A stretch of 16,719 bases of DNA from Candidatus Krumholzibacteriia bacterium (GTDB lineage: Bacteria; Krumholzibacteriota; Krumholzibacteriia; LZORAL124-64-63): assembly GCA_036351155.1 (NCBI GenBank), contig JAZBOO010000147.1, forward strand, positions 1 through 16,719, given 5' to 3'. Shown one piece after another: positions 1 through 7,729 of this stretch (position 1 is its first letter; the number at the start of each line of letters is the position of its first letter). The position numbers and the translations under genes were made by a program. The notes below the pieces were generated by a model. It saw nothing but the letters and a program-made list of their open reading frames with translations, ran no database searches and was not told the origin of the DNA.

Positions 1-1017
1 GGCCTGGGCCATGCCCACAACATCCTGGGGATCACGCAGGAAGCCGTTGATGCCGTCCTGGATGAATTCCCCGGCTCCCCCCACGCTGGTCAGCAGGGGC
101 ACTGTGCCGCAGGCCATGGCCTCCAGTCCCACCAGCCCAAAGGATTCGTGCAGGGATGGCAGGAGCAACAGATCGCAAAGTGGCAACAGGTCCTGCAAGT
201 CATCACTGTGGCCCAGGAAGATCACCCGATCTTCGATGCCTCGTTCGGCAATCAAGCTTCGCACGAAGGGCATTTCCGGTCCCTCACCCACCAGCAGCAG
301 CTTGGCGGGAATTTCCTGACTGATCCGAGCGAAGACCTCGATCACCGCCGGCACGTTCTTGACCTTGCGAAAATTGGAGGCGTGGATCACCAGTTTTTCA
401 CCGGGTTCGGCGAAGGCCGCCCGGCGTTTTCCCAGGTCCCGAGGACGAAATACCCGGGAGTCGATGAAGTTGGGAATCACCTCGATATCCTGACCGATTC
501 CGAATACCCGGATGGTCTCTTCTTTCAGAAAGGAGGATACGGCGGTGACGGCATCGCTCTTCTCGATCAGGAAACGCGTCATGGGGAAAAAGGTGGGCTC
601 CTGCCCCACCAGGGTGATGTCGGTACCGTGCAGGGTGGTGACCACCTTGAGCTTGTCCGGCCCCACCATCTGCTGGGCCAGATAAGCGCTCGCGGCATGG
701 GGAATGGCGTAGTGCACGTGCAGGATATCCAGGTGGCAACGCGTGGCCACCTCGCTCATCACCGAGGCCAGGCTCAGGGTGTAGGGCGAATGCTGGAACA
801 CCGGGTAGTGGGGCATTTCCACCTGGTGGTATGAGATGTTCTTCTCGTAGCCGCGCAATCGGAATGGCAGGCTGCTGGAAATGAAGTGCACCTCGCAACC
901 ACTGCGTGCCAGGTGTAACCCCAGCTCGGTGGCCACCACTCCGCTGCCTCCCTGAGTGGGATAGCAGGTGATGCCCACGGCGGGCATGCGCGCCGACGAT
1001 TCCCGATTGAAATTCAT
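1..1017 (-). CDS. bshA: N-acetyl-alpha-D-glucosaminyl L-malate synthase (GT4 glycosyltransferase); 3' end truncated by the window edge
   Basis: Not in the ORF track because no stop lies inside the window; translated by hand from ATG 1017 with GGAGG upstream. MNFNRESSARMPAVGITCYPTQGGSGVVATELG...LHVHYAIPHA...TTLHGTDITLVG...HASNFRKVK...PSLHESFGLVGLEAMACG are BshA/GT4 motifs. Lies directly after bshB1. Confidence 0.93.
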   Translation of the reverse strand, partial: MNFNRESSARMPAVGITCYPTQGGSGVVATELGLHLARSGCEVHFISSSLPFRLRGYEKNISYHQVEMPHYPVFQHSPYTLSLASVMSEVATRCHLDILHVHYAIPHAASAYLAQQMVGPDKLKVVTTLHGTDITLVGQEPTFFPMTRFLIEKSDAVTAVSSFLKEETIRVFGIGQDIEVIPNFIDSRVFRPRDLGKRRAAFAEPGEKLVIHASNFRKVKNVPAVIEVFARISQEIPAKLLLVGEGPEMPFVRSLIAERGIEDRVIFLGHSDDLQDLLPLCDLLLLPSLHESFGLVGLEAMACGTVPLLTSVGGAGEFIQDGINGFLRDPQDVVGMAQA

Positions 1018-1021
1018 GGCC

Positions 1022-1789
1022 CTACCTCCAGGGGTGGTCCGGCAGATCGATCACCACGGGGACGGAGTCGGTGCGCAGAGCTTCACCATGAAGAACCCCG
1101 GCGCGATGGCCCCAGGTGCGTCCCCGCCGCTCCACACGTTCCAGAAAGGCCTCGTCGTTGATGTAGGTTTTTTTACGGCCGGCCCCGGCCAGGAACTGGC
1201 TGGCATAACATTCCAGGGCCTGACGCTTGCGCTCCCAGTGTCGAGAAACATCGAAGATCAGGTCGGCCTTTTCCTGTTCACCACATACCTGGAACAGGGC
1301 TTCGGTCACCCAGCGTTCGGCGGGGTCGGGCAGCTCGCTCCCCCGTTCCCAGCAGCGGTGTTCCGGGATGCCTGGCTGCAGGGCGGCCAGACGCGCCATG
1401 AAGACGGCCTTGCGCACCAGATCGGGGGTGGCCACATGATCGGGATGGCGGATAGCATCGGGTGCCGTGATCACCCACCGCGGAGTCAGGCAGCGTAAAG
1501 CCCACGCCACCGCTTCCACCTGGCTGCGGTCGGTGGCGGAGATGAATCCATCGGGCAAAGCCAGCTGAACCCGGCCGGACAGCCCCAGGGTATCGGAGGC
1601 CCGCGCGGCTTCTTCCCACCGGGTGTCGCCGATGTCGTTGGTGCCCAGTTCTCCCCGGGTCAGATCCAGACACCACACCTGCCGGCCCTGATCGGACAGG
1701 AGCGCCAGGGTGGCGCCCACGCCGATCTCGGCGTCATCGGTGTGGGGTGAAATCACCAGAACATCGCACGGTCCAGGATGGTTGGTCAT
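1022..1789 (-). CDS. bshB1: Bacillithiol biosynthesis GlcNAc-malate deacetylase (PIG-L/LmbE family)
   Basis: Zn-binding motifs SPHTDDAEIG (HxDD) and RHPDH, plus LTRGELG and CYASQF; sits between bshC and bshA; GGAG SD upstream. Confidence 0.9.
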   Translation of the reverse strand: MTNHPGPCDVLVISPHTDDAEIGVGATLALLSDQGRQVWCLDLTRGELGTNDIGDTRWEEAARASDTLGLSGRVQLALPDGFISATDRSQVEAVAWALRCLTPRWVITAPDAIRHPDHVATPDLVRKAVFMARLAALQPGIPEHRCWERGSELPDPAERWVTEALFQVCGEQEKADLIFDVSRHWERKRQALECYASQFLAGAGRKKTYINDEAFLERVERRGRTWGHRAGVLHGEALRTDSVPVVIDLPDHPWR

Positions 1790-1810
1790 GGGTCCACTCC
1801 AGGTCTTTCC

Positions 1811-3391
1811 TCAGGTTTGAATCAGGAATTCATGCCATGTGCCCTGCCGTCCCTGGTGCAGGTGCTGATCTGCGCCCTGCAATACCGTGGACAGCCATTC
1901 CTGTCCCCACACAGTAACAGCGCCGGCGGAGGACAGCAGGCGTTCTTGCCGCTTTCCCCGGGGAAAAATCCAGGGAGGCAGCTCGGCCGTACGCGCCCGG
2001 TTCTGGAAAGCTAGCTCACCATGAAACATGGAGAGCAAGGAGCGCTGAAATCTGCGACGGCGCCCTGCGGCCAGGGCCTGAGCTCGCGGCGGAGAAACAC
2101 CGAGTTCCGAGCGCAGAAGAGCGGCAATTTCCCGTTCCACCGAGGAGCCTACTTGCTCCGCCAGGTGCGAGGGACGGCCGGAAGCCAGCTCAGCTGTGCA
2201 CGCCAGGAACTGCTCCGGGGAAATCTCCGCAGGCAGGCACTGCGCCGAGAGCCGGGGCACCAGGGGACACCGCTCGATATCCAGAGCGCGATAAACAGGA
2301 TCCAGTTGCCGGAGATAGGCAAGCTCACCCGGACCCACCACCACAGCCGCTGGCCGGAACAGCCAGTCCTGGACCGGACTGCGCAGCATCACCCCGGGCC
2401 GCAAGCAGGCCGAGGAAGGAGACGCCTCGCCTTCCGGCAGGTACTCTCGTCCGCCATCGACCGACCGAAACAGGTGGCGATGCAGGGACCGCTCCGAAAT
2501 GGCCGGAATGAATCCTGACACGGCCAGGGCTTCACCCCGCTGCTGGGTCATGGCGCGCAATTCGGCTCGCCGGGACAGGATCTCCTGGTAAAGAGGCGCC
2601 GCCTGGGCATGCAGGAAATCGTCATTACCGGAGACCACGATCAAGCCAGCGTCCCCGAAAAGCCGCACGAGGAAGCGACGGAAAAGACGGGTCCAGGTCC
2701 AGTCCTCCAGCCAGGCTTCGGTCCAGAGAGCGGCCAACGTGTTCTGGAGCTGGCCTTCGCCACCCTTCGTCTGCATGGCTTGCATCCAGGCTTGTCCACG
2801 GGCACTGAAACGCCGTGCCCCAAGGTTGCCCACGCAGGTTCGGGTTGAACCGAGGTGACGCAAGAAGGCCCGGTCCATTCCACTGTCGAACAGGTCCTGC
2901 CGGAGAGGATCCCACACGACGGAGGCCAGGGCTTCGGGCAGGTCATCGTCGTCATCGCCCATCCAGAAAACGGGAATGGTGGGACATCCCGCCCGCGTGC
3001 GCTCCTGGGCCAGGGCCACCGCAGTGGCCGCCTTGTACAGCGTGTACAGAGGGCCGCCCATGAACCCGGGCTGCTGACCGGTGATCACCACCTGCGCCCG
3101 GCCGCTTCCCAGCTCTTCCAGTTGAAGATGAAACCGATCGGCGTCCTCGGGACGGTCATACTCCGACGCCATGGTGGCCATCCACTGCTCCCCCTCGGGG
3201 GTTCCCATCACCCCGGCAAAGAAGGGGGCCGTACCTTCCCGCTTGCCCGCCGAAAAATCCCGATACTCCTGGCCCGCCGTGGCGCCACCGCCTTGCACCA
3301 GTTCCTCGGGAATACCCGCGCCCAGCCAGACGGCAAACAGGTGTTCCGGATCCACGGTGTCCTGAAGATGGCGAAGCGGCTGCAAGATCAT
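1811..3391 (-). CDS. bshC: Bacillithiol biosynthesis putative cysteine ligase BshC (divergent)
   Basis: Motifs VITGQQPGFMGGPLYTLYKA, PVFW, GPGELAY..QL and FPRGKRQER. Start moved from 3490 to ATG 3391, which has GAGGA upstream and an ATGA overlap with the upstream stop; 526 aa. Confidence 0.88.
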   Translation of the reverse strand: MILQPLRHLQDTVDPEHLFAVWLGAGIPEELVQGGGATAGQEYRDFSAGKREGTAPFFAGVMGTPEGEQWMATMASEYDRPEDADRFHLQLEELGSGRAQVVITGQQPGFMGGPLYTLYKAATAVALAQERTRAGCPTIPVFWMGDDDDDLPEALASVVWDPLRQDLFDSGMDRAFLRHLGSTRTCVGNLGARRFSARGQAWMQAMQTKGGEGQLQNTLAALWTEAWLEDWTWTRLFRRFLVRLFGDAGLIVVSGNDDFLHAQAAPLYQEILSRRAELRAMTQQRGEALAVSGFIPAISERSLHRHLFRSVDGGREYLPEGEASPSSACLRPGVMLRSPVQDWLFRPAAVVVGPGELAYLRQLDPVYRALDIERCPLVPRLSAQCLPAEISPEQFLACTAELASGRPSHLAEQVGSSVEREIAALLRSELGVSPPRAQALAAGRRRRFQRSLLSMFHGELAFQNRARTAELPPWIFPRGKRQERLLSSAGAVTVWGQEWLSTVLQGADQHLHQGRQGTWHEFLIQT

Positions 3392-4191
3392 GTTTTCCTC
3401 GGCTCGTCTTCGGTTTGACGAAAGACCAGAATCCAGCGGGACCCGGTGTCGATGGCTGCACCGGTGTAGGACCCGGCGCGGGCCACACATTCCAGGCCCC
3501 GGGCGGCGGCCAGGTCTTCCAGTTCCCTCCGGCCGAAAAGTGCGATGCTTTCCGTGTAGCTCACGCCTTCGGGCCCCACACCCCAGCGGGACGCTTCATC
3601 CTCCCGCCCGGCTCGAGGACGCATCGTGACCTGTTTTTCCACCCTGGTTCCACCATCCACCAGGCGGCGCACCTCGGTAACCGTCACCGGGTCCAGGTGG
3701 CGCTTGCGGGTGGCCGGAGCTCCTCCCTCCAGTTCGCTCCGCACACTCTGGCAGTCCACGTAGTCCAGGTACCAGCAACCTCCAGGCGCCAGCACCTCGG
3801 CCACCTCGGCCACCACACAGGCATTGTCGGCCAGGTTCCCGAAATAGCCAAAGGCCGTGAAAAGGGAAAGCACCGCCGACAGGCTGCGCGGGCGGAAAGG
3901 CAAATGGCGCATATCCCCCCGGACCCAGCCGGTGACCCCCGCCGGGCTCCCACGGGCCGAGGAAAGAAGATGCGGGGAAAGGTCCAGACCAACGACGGTG
4001 TGCCCTCGCCGGGCCAGCGGTCGGGCATGCCTGCCTTCGCCGCAGCCCAGGTCCAGGACGGTCCCATGAAGAGGCAAGGGGCACAGATCATGCAGCAGGT
4101 CCAGCGCCAGCGCTGCTTCCTCCTGATCCCGGTGCTGATACAGGAGCGGGTACGAGGGGCCGAAGGCCTTGCCATACCAGGGAACGGTCAA
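3388..4191 (-). CDS. Class I SAM-dependent methyltransferase, candidate bacillithiol N-methyltransferase (NmbA-like)
   Basis: Motif I VLDLGCGEGRH, then VVGLDLS, VRGDMRHLPF and VLSLFTAFGYF; N-terminal WY..AF..SY.LLY.HRD.EEA. Probable TTG start at 4191 overlaps the nadB TGA (TTGA); the track's extension to 4500 lies inside nadB. The methyltransferase call is firm; the substrate is inferred from context. Confidence 0.85.
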   Translation of the reverse strand: MTVPWYGKAFGPSYPLLYQHRDQEEAALALDLLHDLCPLPLHGTVLDLGCGEGRHARPLARRGHTVVGLDLSPHLLSSARGSPAGVTGWVRGDMRHLPFRPRSLSAVLSLFTAFGYFGNLADNACVVAEVAEVLAPGGCWYLDYVDCQSVRSELEGGAPATRKRHLDPVTVTEVRRLVDGGTRVEKQVTMRPRAGREDEASRWGVGPEGVSYTESIALFGRRELEDLAAARGLECVARAGSYTGAAIDTGSRWILVFRQTEDEPRKT

Positions 4192-5864
4192 GGTTTTCCC
4201 CTTTTCGGTTCCATGCTGGTTTCCCCGGCCAGAGCTTGTCCCCGCTTGACCACGGTATCGACAGGGGCGGGCAATCTCTCGGGCCACTCCAGGGTGAAGT
4301 GCAGCCCGCGACTTTCGTGCCGGGATCGGGCGCACATGATGATCAGCTCCGCCAGCAGGGAAATGTTCCGCAGTTCGACCAGGTCGGGCGTCAGGATGGT
4401 GGAATGGTAAAAGCGCTCCACCGTGGCCCGGATGGAACGCACCCGCTCGAGAGCGATTTCCAGCCGCTCTTTTTCCCGCACGATGCCGACGTAATCCCAC
4501 ATGACCCGCCGCACCGTATCCCAGTCATGCTCCAGAACGATGACCTCGGCCTTCTTGGGCGTGCCGGTTTGCATGCGGGGAATGCGCGAGACCCGGGGCC
4601 GACTCCCCTCGGGAAACAGCACGGGTTCCTCGGGGATCAGGGCGCCCACGACCTCGGCAAAATAAACCGCTTCCAGCAGGGAATTGCTGGCCAGCCGATT
4701 GGCCCCGTGCACGCCGGTACAGGCCACTTCGCCGATGGCAAACAGGCCCGGCAGATTGGTCCGGCCCGAAGGATCGACCATGACCCCACCACACATGTAG
4801 TGGGCCGCCGGAACCACTGGCACCGGTTGGCCGGCCATGTCGATCCCGAAACTGGCACAGGTTTTCACCAGGTTGGGAAAGCGCTTTTCCACCACCTCGC
4901 GTTCGAGGTGGCGCAGGTCCAGGAAGGCACAGGGATCGCCGCTGGTTTTCATTTCCCGATCGATGCTCCGGGCCACCACATCGCGCGGCGCGAGATCGGC
5001 CATGGGATGGTAGCGGGACATGAACTTTTCCCCGCGATGATTGATCAAGACCGCGCCTTCCCCACGGACGGCCTCACTGATCAGGAAGCTCTTGGCCTGG
5101 TCGTGGTACAGACAGGTGGGATGGAACTGGACGAACTCCAGATTACCCAGCACCGCTCCCGCCCGGAAGGCCATACCCAGTCCATCGCCGGTGGCGATGT
5201 CCGGATTGCTGGTGTAGCTGTAGACCTTGCCGCAGCCGCCGGTGGCCAGCACCACCACATCGGCCAGGAAGGCCCACAGACGATGACTCTCGCAGTCCAG
5301 GACCAGCGCACCGGCGATCCGCGCCTTGTGCTCTCCATTCAGACCCACATCGCGCCCGGTGAGCAGCTCCAGCCCCATGTGATTCTCGCGAACCTGGATG
5401 TTGGGATGGTCCAGGCAGGCCTGGAGCAGGCGCTTTTCGATTTCCCGGCCCGTCAAATCACCGGAATGCAGCACCCGACGCCGGGAATGTCCGCCTTCCC
5501 GGCCCAGGGCAAATTTTTCCTCCCCCGGCTGTTCCGAGAGACTGAAATTCACCCCGTGCCCGAGCAGACGGTCGATCAGGCGTGGCCCCGCTTCCACCAT
5601 GCGACGGACCACATCCTCATGGCACAGGCCATCACCGGCCTCCAGGGTGTCCTGGATGTGCAGCTCGAAATCGTCCAGTGGGGAAACCGCCGCCGCAATG
5701 CCGCCCTGGGCGTAATTGGTGTTGCTTTCACGGCTTTCCTTCTTGGTGACCACCCAGACTGACCCATGTTCGGCGGCCAGGAGGGCAAACTGCAATCCGG
5801 CGATCCCCGAGCCCACAACGAGAACTCGGCTAGTGATCACATCTTCAATGGGTTGCGAGGGCAT
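4188..5864 (-). CDS. nadB: L-aspartate oxidase
   Basis: FAD-binding VLVVGSGIAGL; SNTNYAQGGIA, REGGHSRRRVLH, GDLTGREIE (matches E. coli ADATGREVE around substrate-selecting Glu121), EFVQFHPT, LISEAVRGEG, LAPRDVVAR, AAHYMCGG, GVHGANRLASNSLLE, ESRGLH; 558 aa; GGAG SD. Confidence 0.95.
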   Translation of the reverse strand: MPSQPIEDVITSRVLVVGSGIAGLQFALLAAEHGSVWVVTKKESRESNTNYAQGGIAAAVSPLDDFELHIQDTLEAGDGLCHEDVVRRMVEAGPRLIDRLLGHGVNFSLSEQPGEEKFALGREGGHSRRRVLHSGDLTGREIEKRLLQACLDHPNIQVRENHMGLELLTGRDVGLNGEHKARIAGALVLDCESHRLWAFLADVVVLATGGCGKVYSYTSNPDIATGDGLGMAFRAGAVLGNLEFVQFHPTCLYHDQAKSFLISEAVRGEGAVLINHRGEKFMSRYHPMADLAPRDVVARSIDREMKTSGDPCAFLDLRHLEREVVEKRFPNLVKTCASFGIDMAGQPVPVVPAAHYMCGGVMVDPSGRTNLPGLFAIGEVACTGVHGANRLASNSLLEAVYFAEVVGALIPEEPVLFPEGSRPRVSRIPRMQTGTPKKAEVIVLEHDWDTVRRVMWDYVGIVREKERLEIALERVRSIRATVERFYHSTILTPDLVELRNISLLAELIIMCARSRHESRGLHFTLEWPERLPAPVDTVVKRGQALAGETSMEPKRGKP

Positions 5865-6017
5865 GGATCCACTCCCGGTTGGTTCCCGTTCCGGCCCAGC
5901 TTTTGCAGGACCTGGAAAAAAGAGTGCTAAAGGCGGAAAAAGCCCCGCCGAAAATGTTCATGACAATGACAAATGTAACCAACCCACAGGAAATCTGTCC
6001 ACCGAGAGGATGATACT
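5865..6017. promoter_or_regulatory. Divergent promoter region between nadB and the lipoprotein gene
   Basis: 153 bp, more AT-rich than the flanks, between two divergent starts. Contains a GG-N10-GC sigma54-like string on + (CTGGAAAAAAGAGTGCT, 5912-5928), a short GGCGG/CCGCC inverted repeat (5932-5949) and a tandem TGACAA-TGACAA (5961-5972). The individual elements are uncertain. Confidence 0.55.
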
Positions 6018-6614
6018 GTGAAGACCCGCGTGATAATGATGACCTTGATGACGGCCCTGATCCTGGGCGTGCTTGGCGGTTGTTCGAACCACGAAGGCAA
6101 CGAGTGGGAACGACTGGTGTGCGAAGTGGAGTCCGTCAACGGCGGAACGCCCCTCCTGTCATCCTATGCCGATGTGGGCAACGACAACATCGCCGGCACC
6201 GCGGACGATGTCCTGAAGGTCGACTGGGTTCCGGTGATTTTCCGGGCGCGCCCTTACAGCAGTGCCATGTATCTGCCCGAGGACGGGACCTACAGCTGGT
6301 TTCACGTCACGAGCTACGATTTGACCTGGCATCCCCTGGGCAATGCGCCCACCGGATTGACCGACCACAATATCGTGGGCGGGCTGGTGGACGTGCGCGT
6401 GCCGGTGAATGATGATGCCATGGGCAGCGTGCTGATCGCCGACCGGGTGATGAAGGAAGAGCCCTGGTTCACCCAGCTGGTGACCATCCCCGGCTACAGC
6501 TTCACGGCCAACTGTGAACTGACTTTCTACGGGCACGAGTCCGGCAGTACCCGCGAAGTTGCCGTTCCCGCAGGGTTCATGGTCACCTTCTACGGCTACG
6601 TGTCCGACGACTAG
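6018..6614 (+). CDS. Hypothetical lipoprotein
   Basis: GTG start with GAGAGGA upstream; signal peptide MKTRVIMMTLMTALILGVLGG-C with a lipobox (Cys22 at 6081); GC3-rich codon usage; fills the gap between the two operons; 198 aa; no family recognised. Confidence 0.85.
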   Translation: MKTRVIMMTLMTALILGVLGGCSNHEGNEWERLVCEVESVNGGTPLLSSYADVGNDNIAGTADDVLKVDWVPVIFRARPYSSAMYLPEDGTYSWFHVTSYDLTWHPLGNAPTGLTDHNIVGGLVDVRVPVNDDAMGSVLIADRVMKEEPWFTQLVTIPGYSFTANCELTFYGHESGSTREVAVPAGFMVTFYGYVSDD

Positions 6615-7729
6615 GAACGCCGCTCCAGAAGGTCCGGATACCTGTTCAAGGCGTGCTCCCTCACCAGCTGAGGGAGCACGTTTTGCTGTCCCCACCCAAT
6701 TTCCAGATGAGAGATCCAGACCGGGATATCATTTTCCCAGAATGGTTCCAGCTTGATCCAGTCCTTGGCTGTGGTCACCATCTCGGACACGTCTTCCTGC
6801 CGGAGAGCTTCTTTCAGCCGCCGCACCAGACGGGGACCATATGGCTGATGATCCTGGAGCCGCACGCTCACCCGGAGAGTGACTTCGGCCAGCCTGGCCA
6901 CCGATTGTTCGAAAGCCTCGGGCCGTGCAATGCCTGACACCACCGCCAGGGCGGAACCCTTCGGCCGGGCAGGCTGAGACGGTCGGGTCACCTTCCACTG
7001 ACTTTCTCGATGAAAAGTGGCCACCTGCTGGCCCCCGGGACCCAGCAGAGGGAGAGGGACATCGGATTCCACCAGCAGGATCCCCGCTCGACCGGCCCCC
7101 TGCGCCGACTCCCGATAGGGTCCAAAAGGAAACACGGGTCCGGCCACGGGCTGAACCACCGGGCCGGTGGAGAGCTGTCTGGAAGACCAGCGATCCAGAA
7201 TGACCACATCCAGGTCCCGCCCCACTTTCCGCGTCTGGTGTCCATCTTCAAGGAGAATGAAATCCAGGGGCCTGCCCAGCTGAAGCAAATGGAGCATTCC
7301 CGCCCACCGGTTCCGAGCCTGGACCACCAGCCAGCCTTCCGGCTGCAAGGCCTGAGACAGAAGTCGCGCTTCATCCCCGGCCAGCAAAAGATCCGTCGTC
7401 ACCTCCACGGGACCGGCCAGCGGGCTCTTGTAACCCCGGGTCAGAATGGCCCCGAAAAAACCCTCATGAGCGAGATCCCGGGCCAGGCCCATGATCACCG
7501 GCGTTTTCCCCGTGCCCCCCAGGGCCAGGTTGCCCACCGAGACGATGAAGGGACCATCCTCCGTGGGGTAGCGAGACGCCACCCTCTGGCGGGTCCAGTG
7601 GTCGGCCCAGCCACTCCACCAGCGGGCAGGGCCGGGGGAAGATTCCCAGTTGGTGGGAGAGTGTGCCGGTCGATGCCACCGCGCGAGGAGATATCTTTCC
7701 CAGGCCGGGCGCCAGTCGAGTACTTTCAC
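6611..7729 (-). CDS. lpxK: Tetraacyldisaccharide 4'-kinase
   Basis: P-loop IVSVGNLALGGTGKTP, ILTRGY, GDEARLL, Walker-B-like LLEDGHQ, PFGPYRES, SGIARP, QDH, TTAKDWIKL. Start moved to GTG 7729 (GAGGAG SD, GTGA overlap with the upstream stop); 372 aa. Confidence 0.9.
   Translation of the reverse strand: MKVLDWRPAWERYLLARWHRPAHSPTNWESSPGPARWWSGWADHWTRQRVASRYPTEDGPFIVSVGNLALGGTGKTPVIMGLARDLAHEGFFGAILTRGYKSPLAGPVEVTTDLLLAGDEARLLSQALQPEGWLVVQARNRWAGMLHLLQLGRPLDFILLEDGHQTRKVGRDLDVVILDRWSSRQLSTGPVVQPVAGPVFPFGPYRESAQGAGRAGILLVESDVPLPLLGPGGQQVATFHRESQWKVTRPSQPARPKGSALAVVSGIARPEAFEQSVARLAEVTLRVSVRLQDHQPYGPRLVRRLKEALRQEDVSEMVTTAKDWIKLEPFWENDIPVWISHLEIGWGQQNVLPQLVREHALNRYPDLLERRS

Noticed and set aside
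352..630. Idea that BshA uses aspartate instead of malate because nadB is in the operon
   Set aside because: The HGTD and SNFR motifs associated with malate binding are intact; nothing in the sequence supports a changed acceptor.
148..898. ORFs 148-834 (+) and 398-898 (-) from the track
   Set aside because: The real gene here is bshA in another minus-strand frame (1017 to the edge); these are antisense or out-of-frame overlaps.
4192..4500. N-terminal extension of the methyltransferase ORF
   Set aside because: Lies within nadB in another frame and is Arg/Gly/Ala/His-rich noise; family-like sequence begins at the TTG overlapping the nadB stop.
4236..5762. 508-aa plus-strand ORF
   Set aside because: Antisense to nadB; shadow ORF.
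5904..5930. GAGTGCTAA, an exact right half of a CIRCE (HrcA) element
   Set aside because: The left half 9 nt upstream reads TGCAGGACC, not TTAGCACTC, and the flanking genes are not chaperones.
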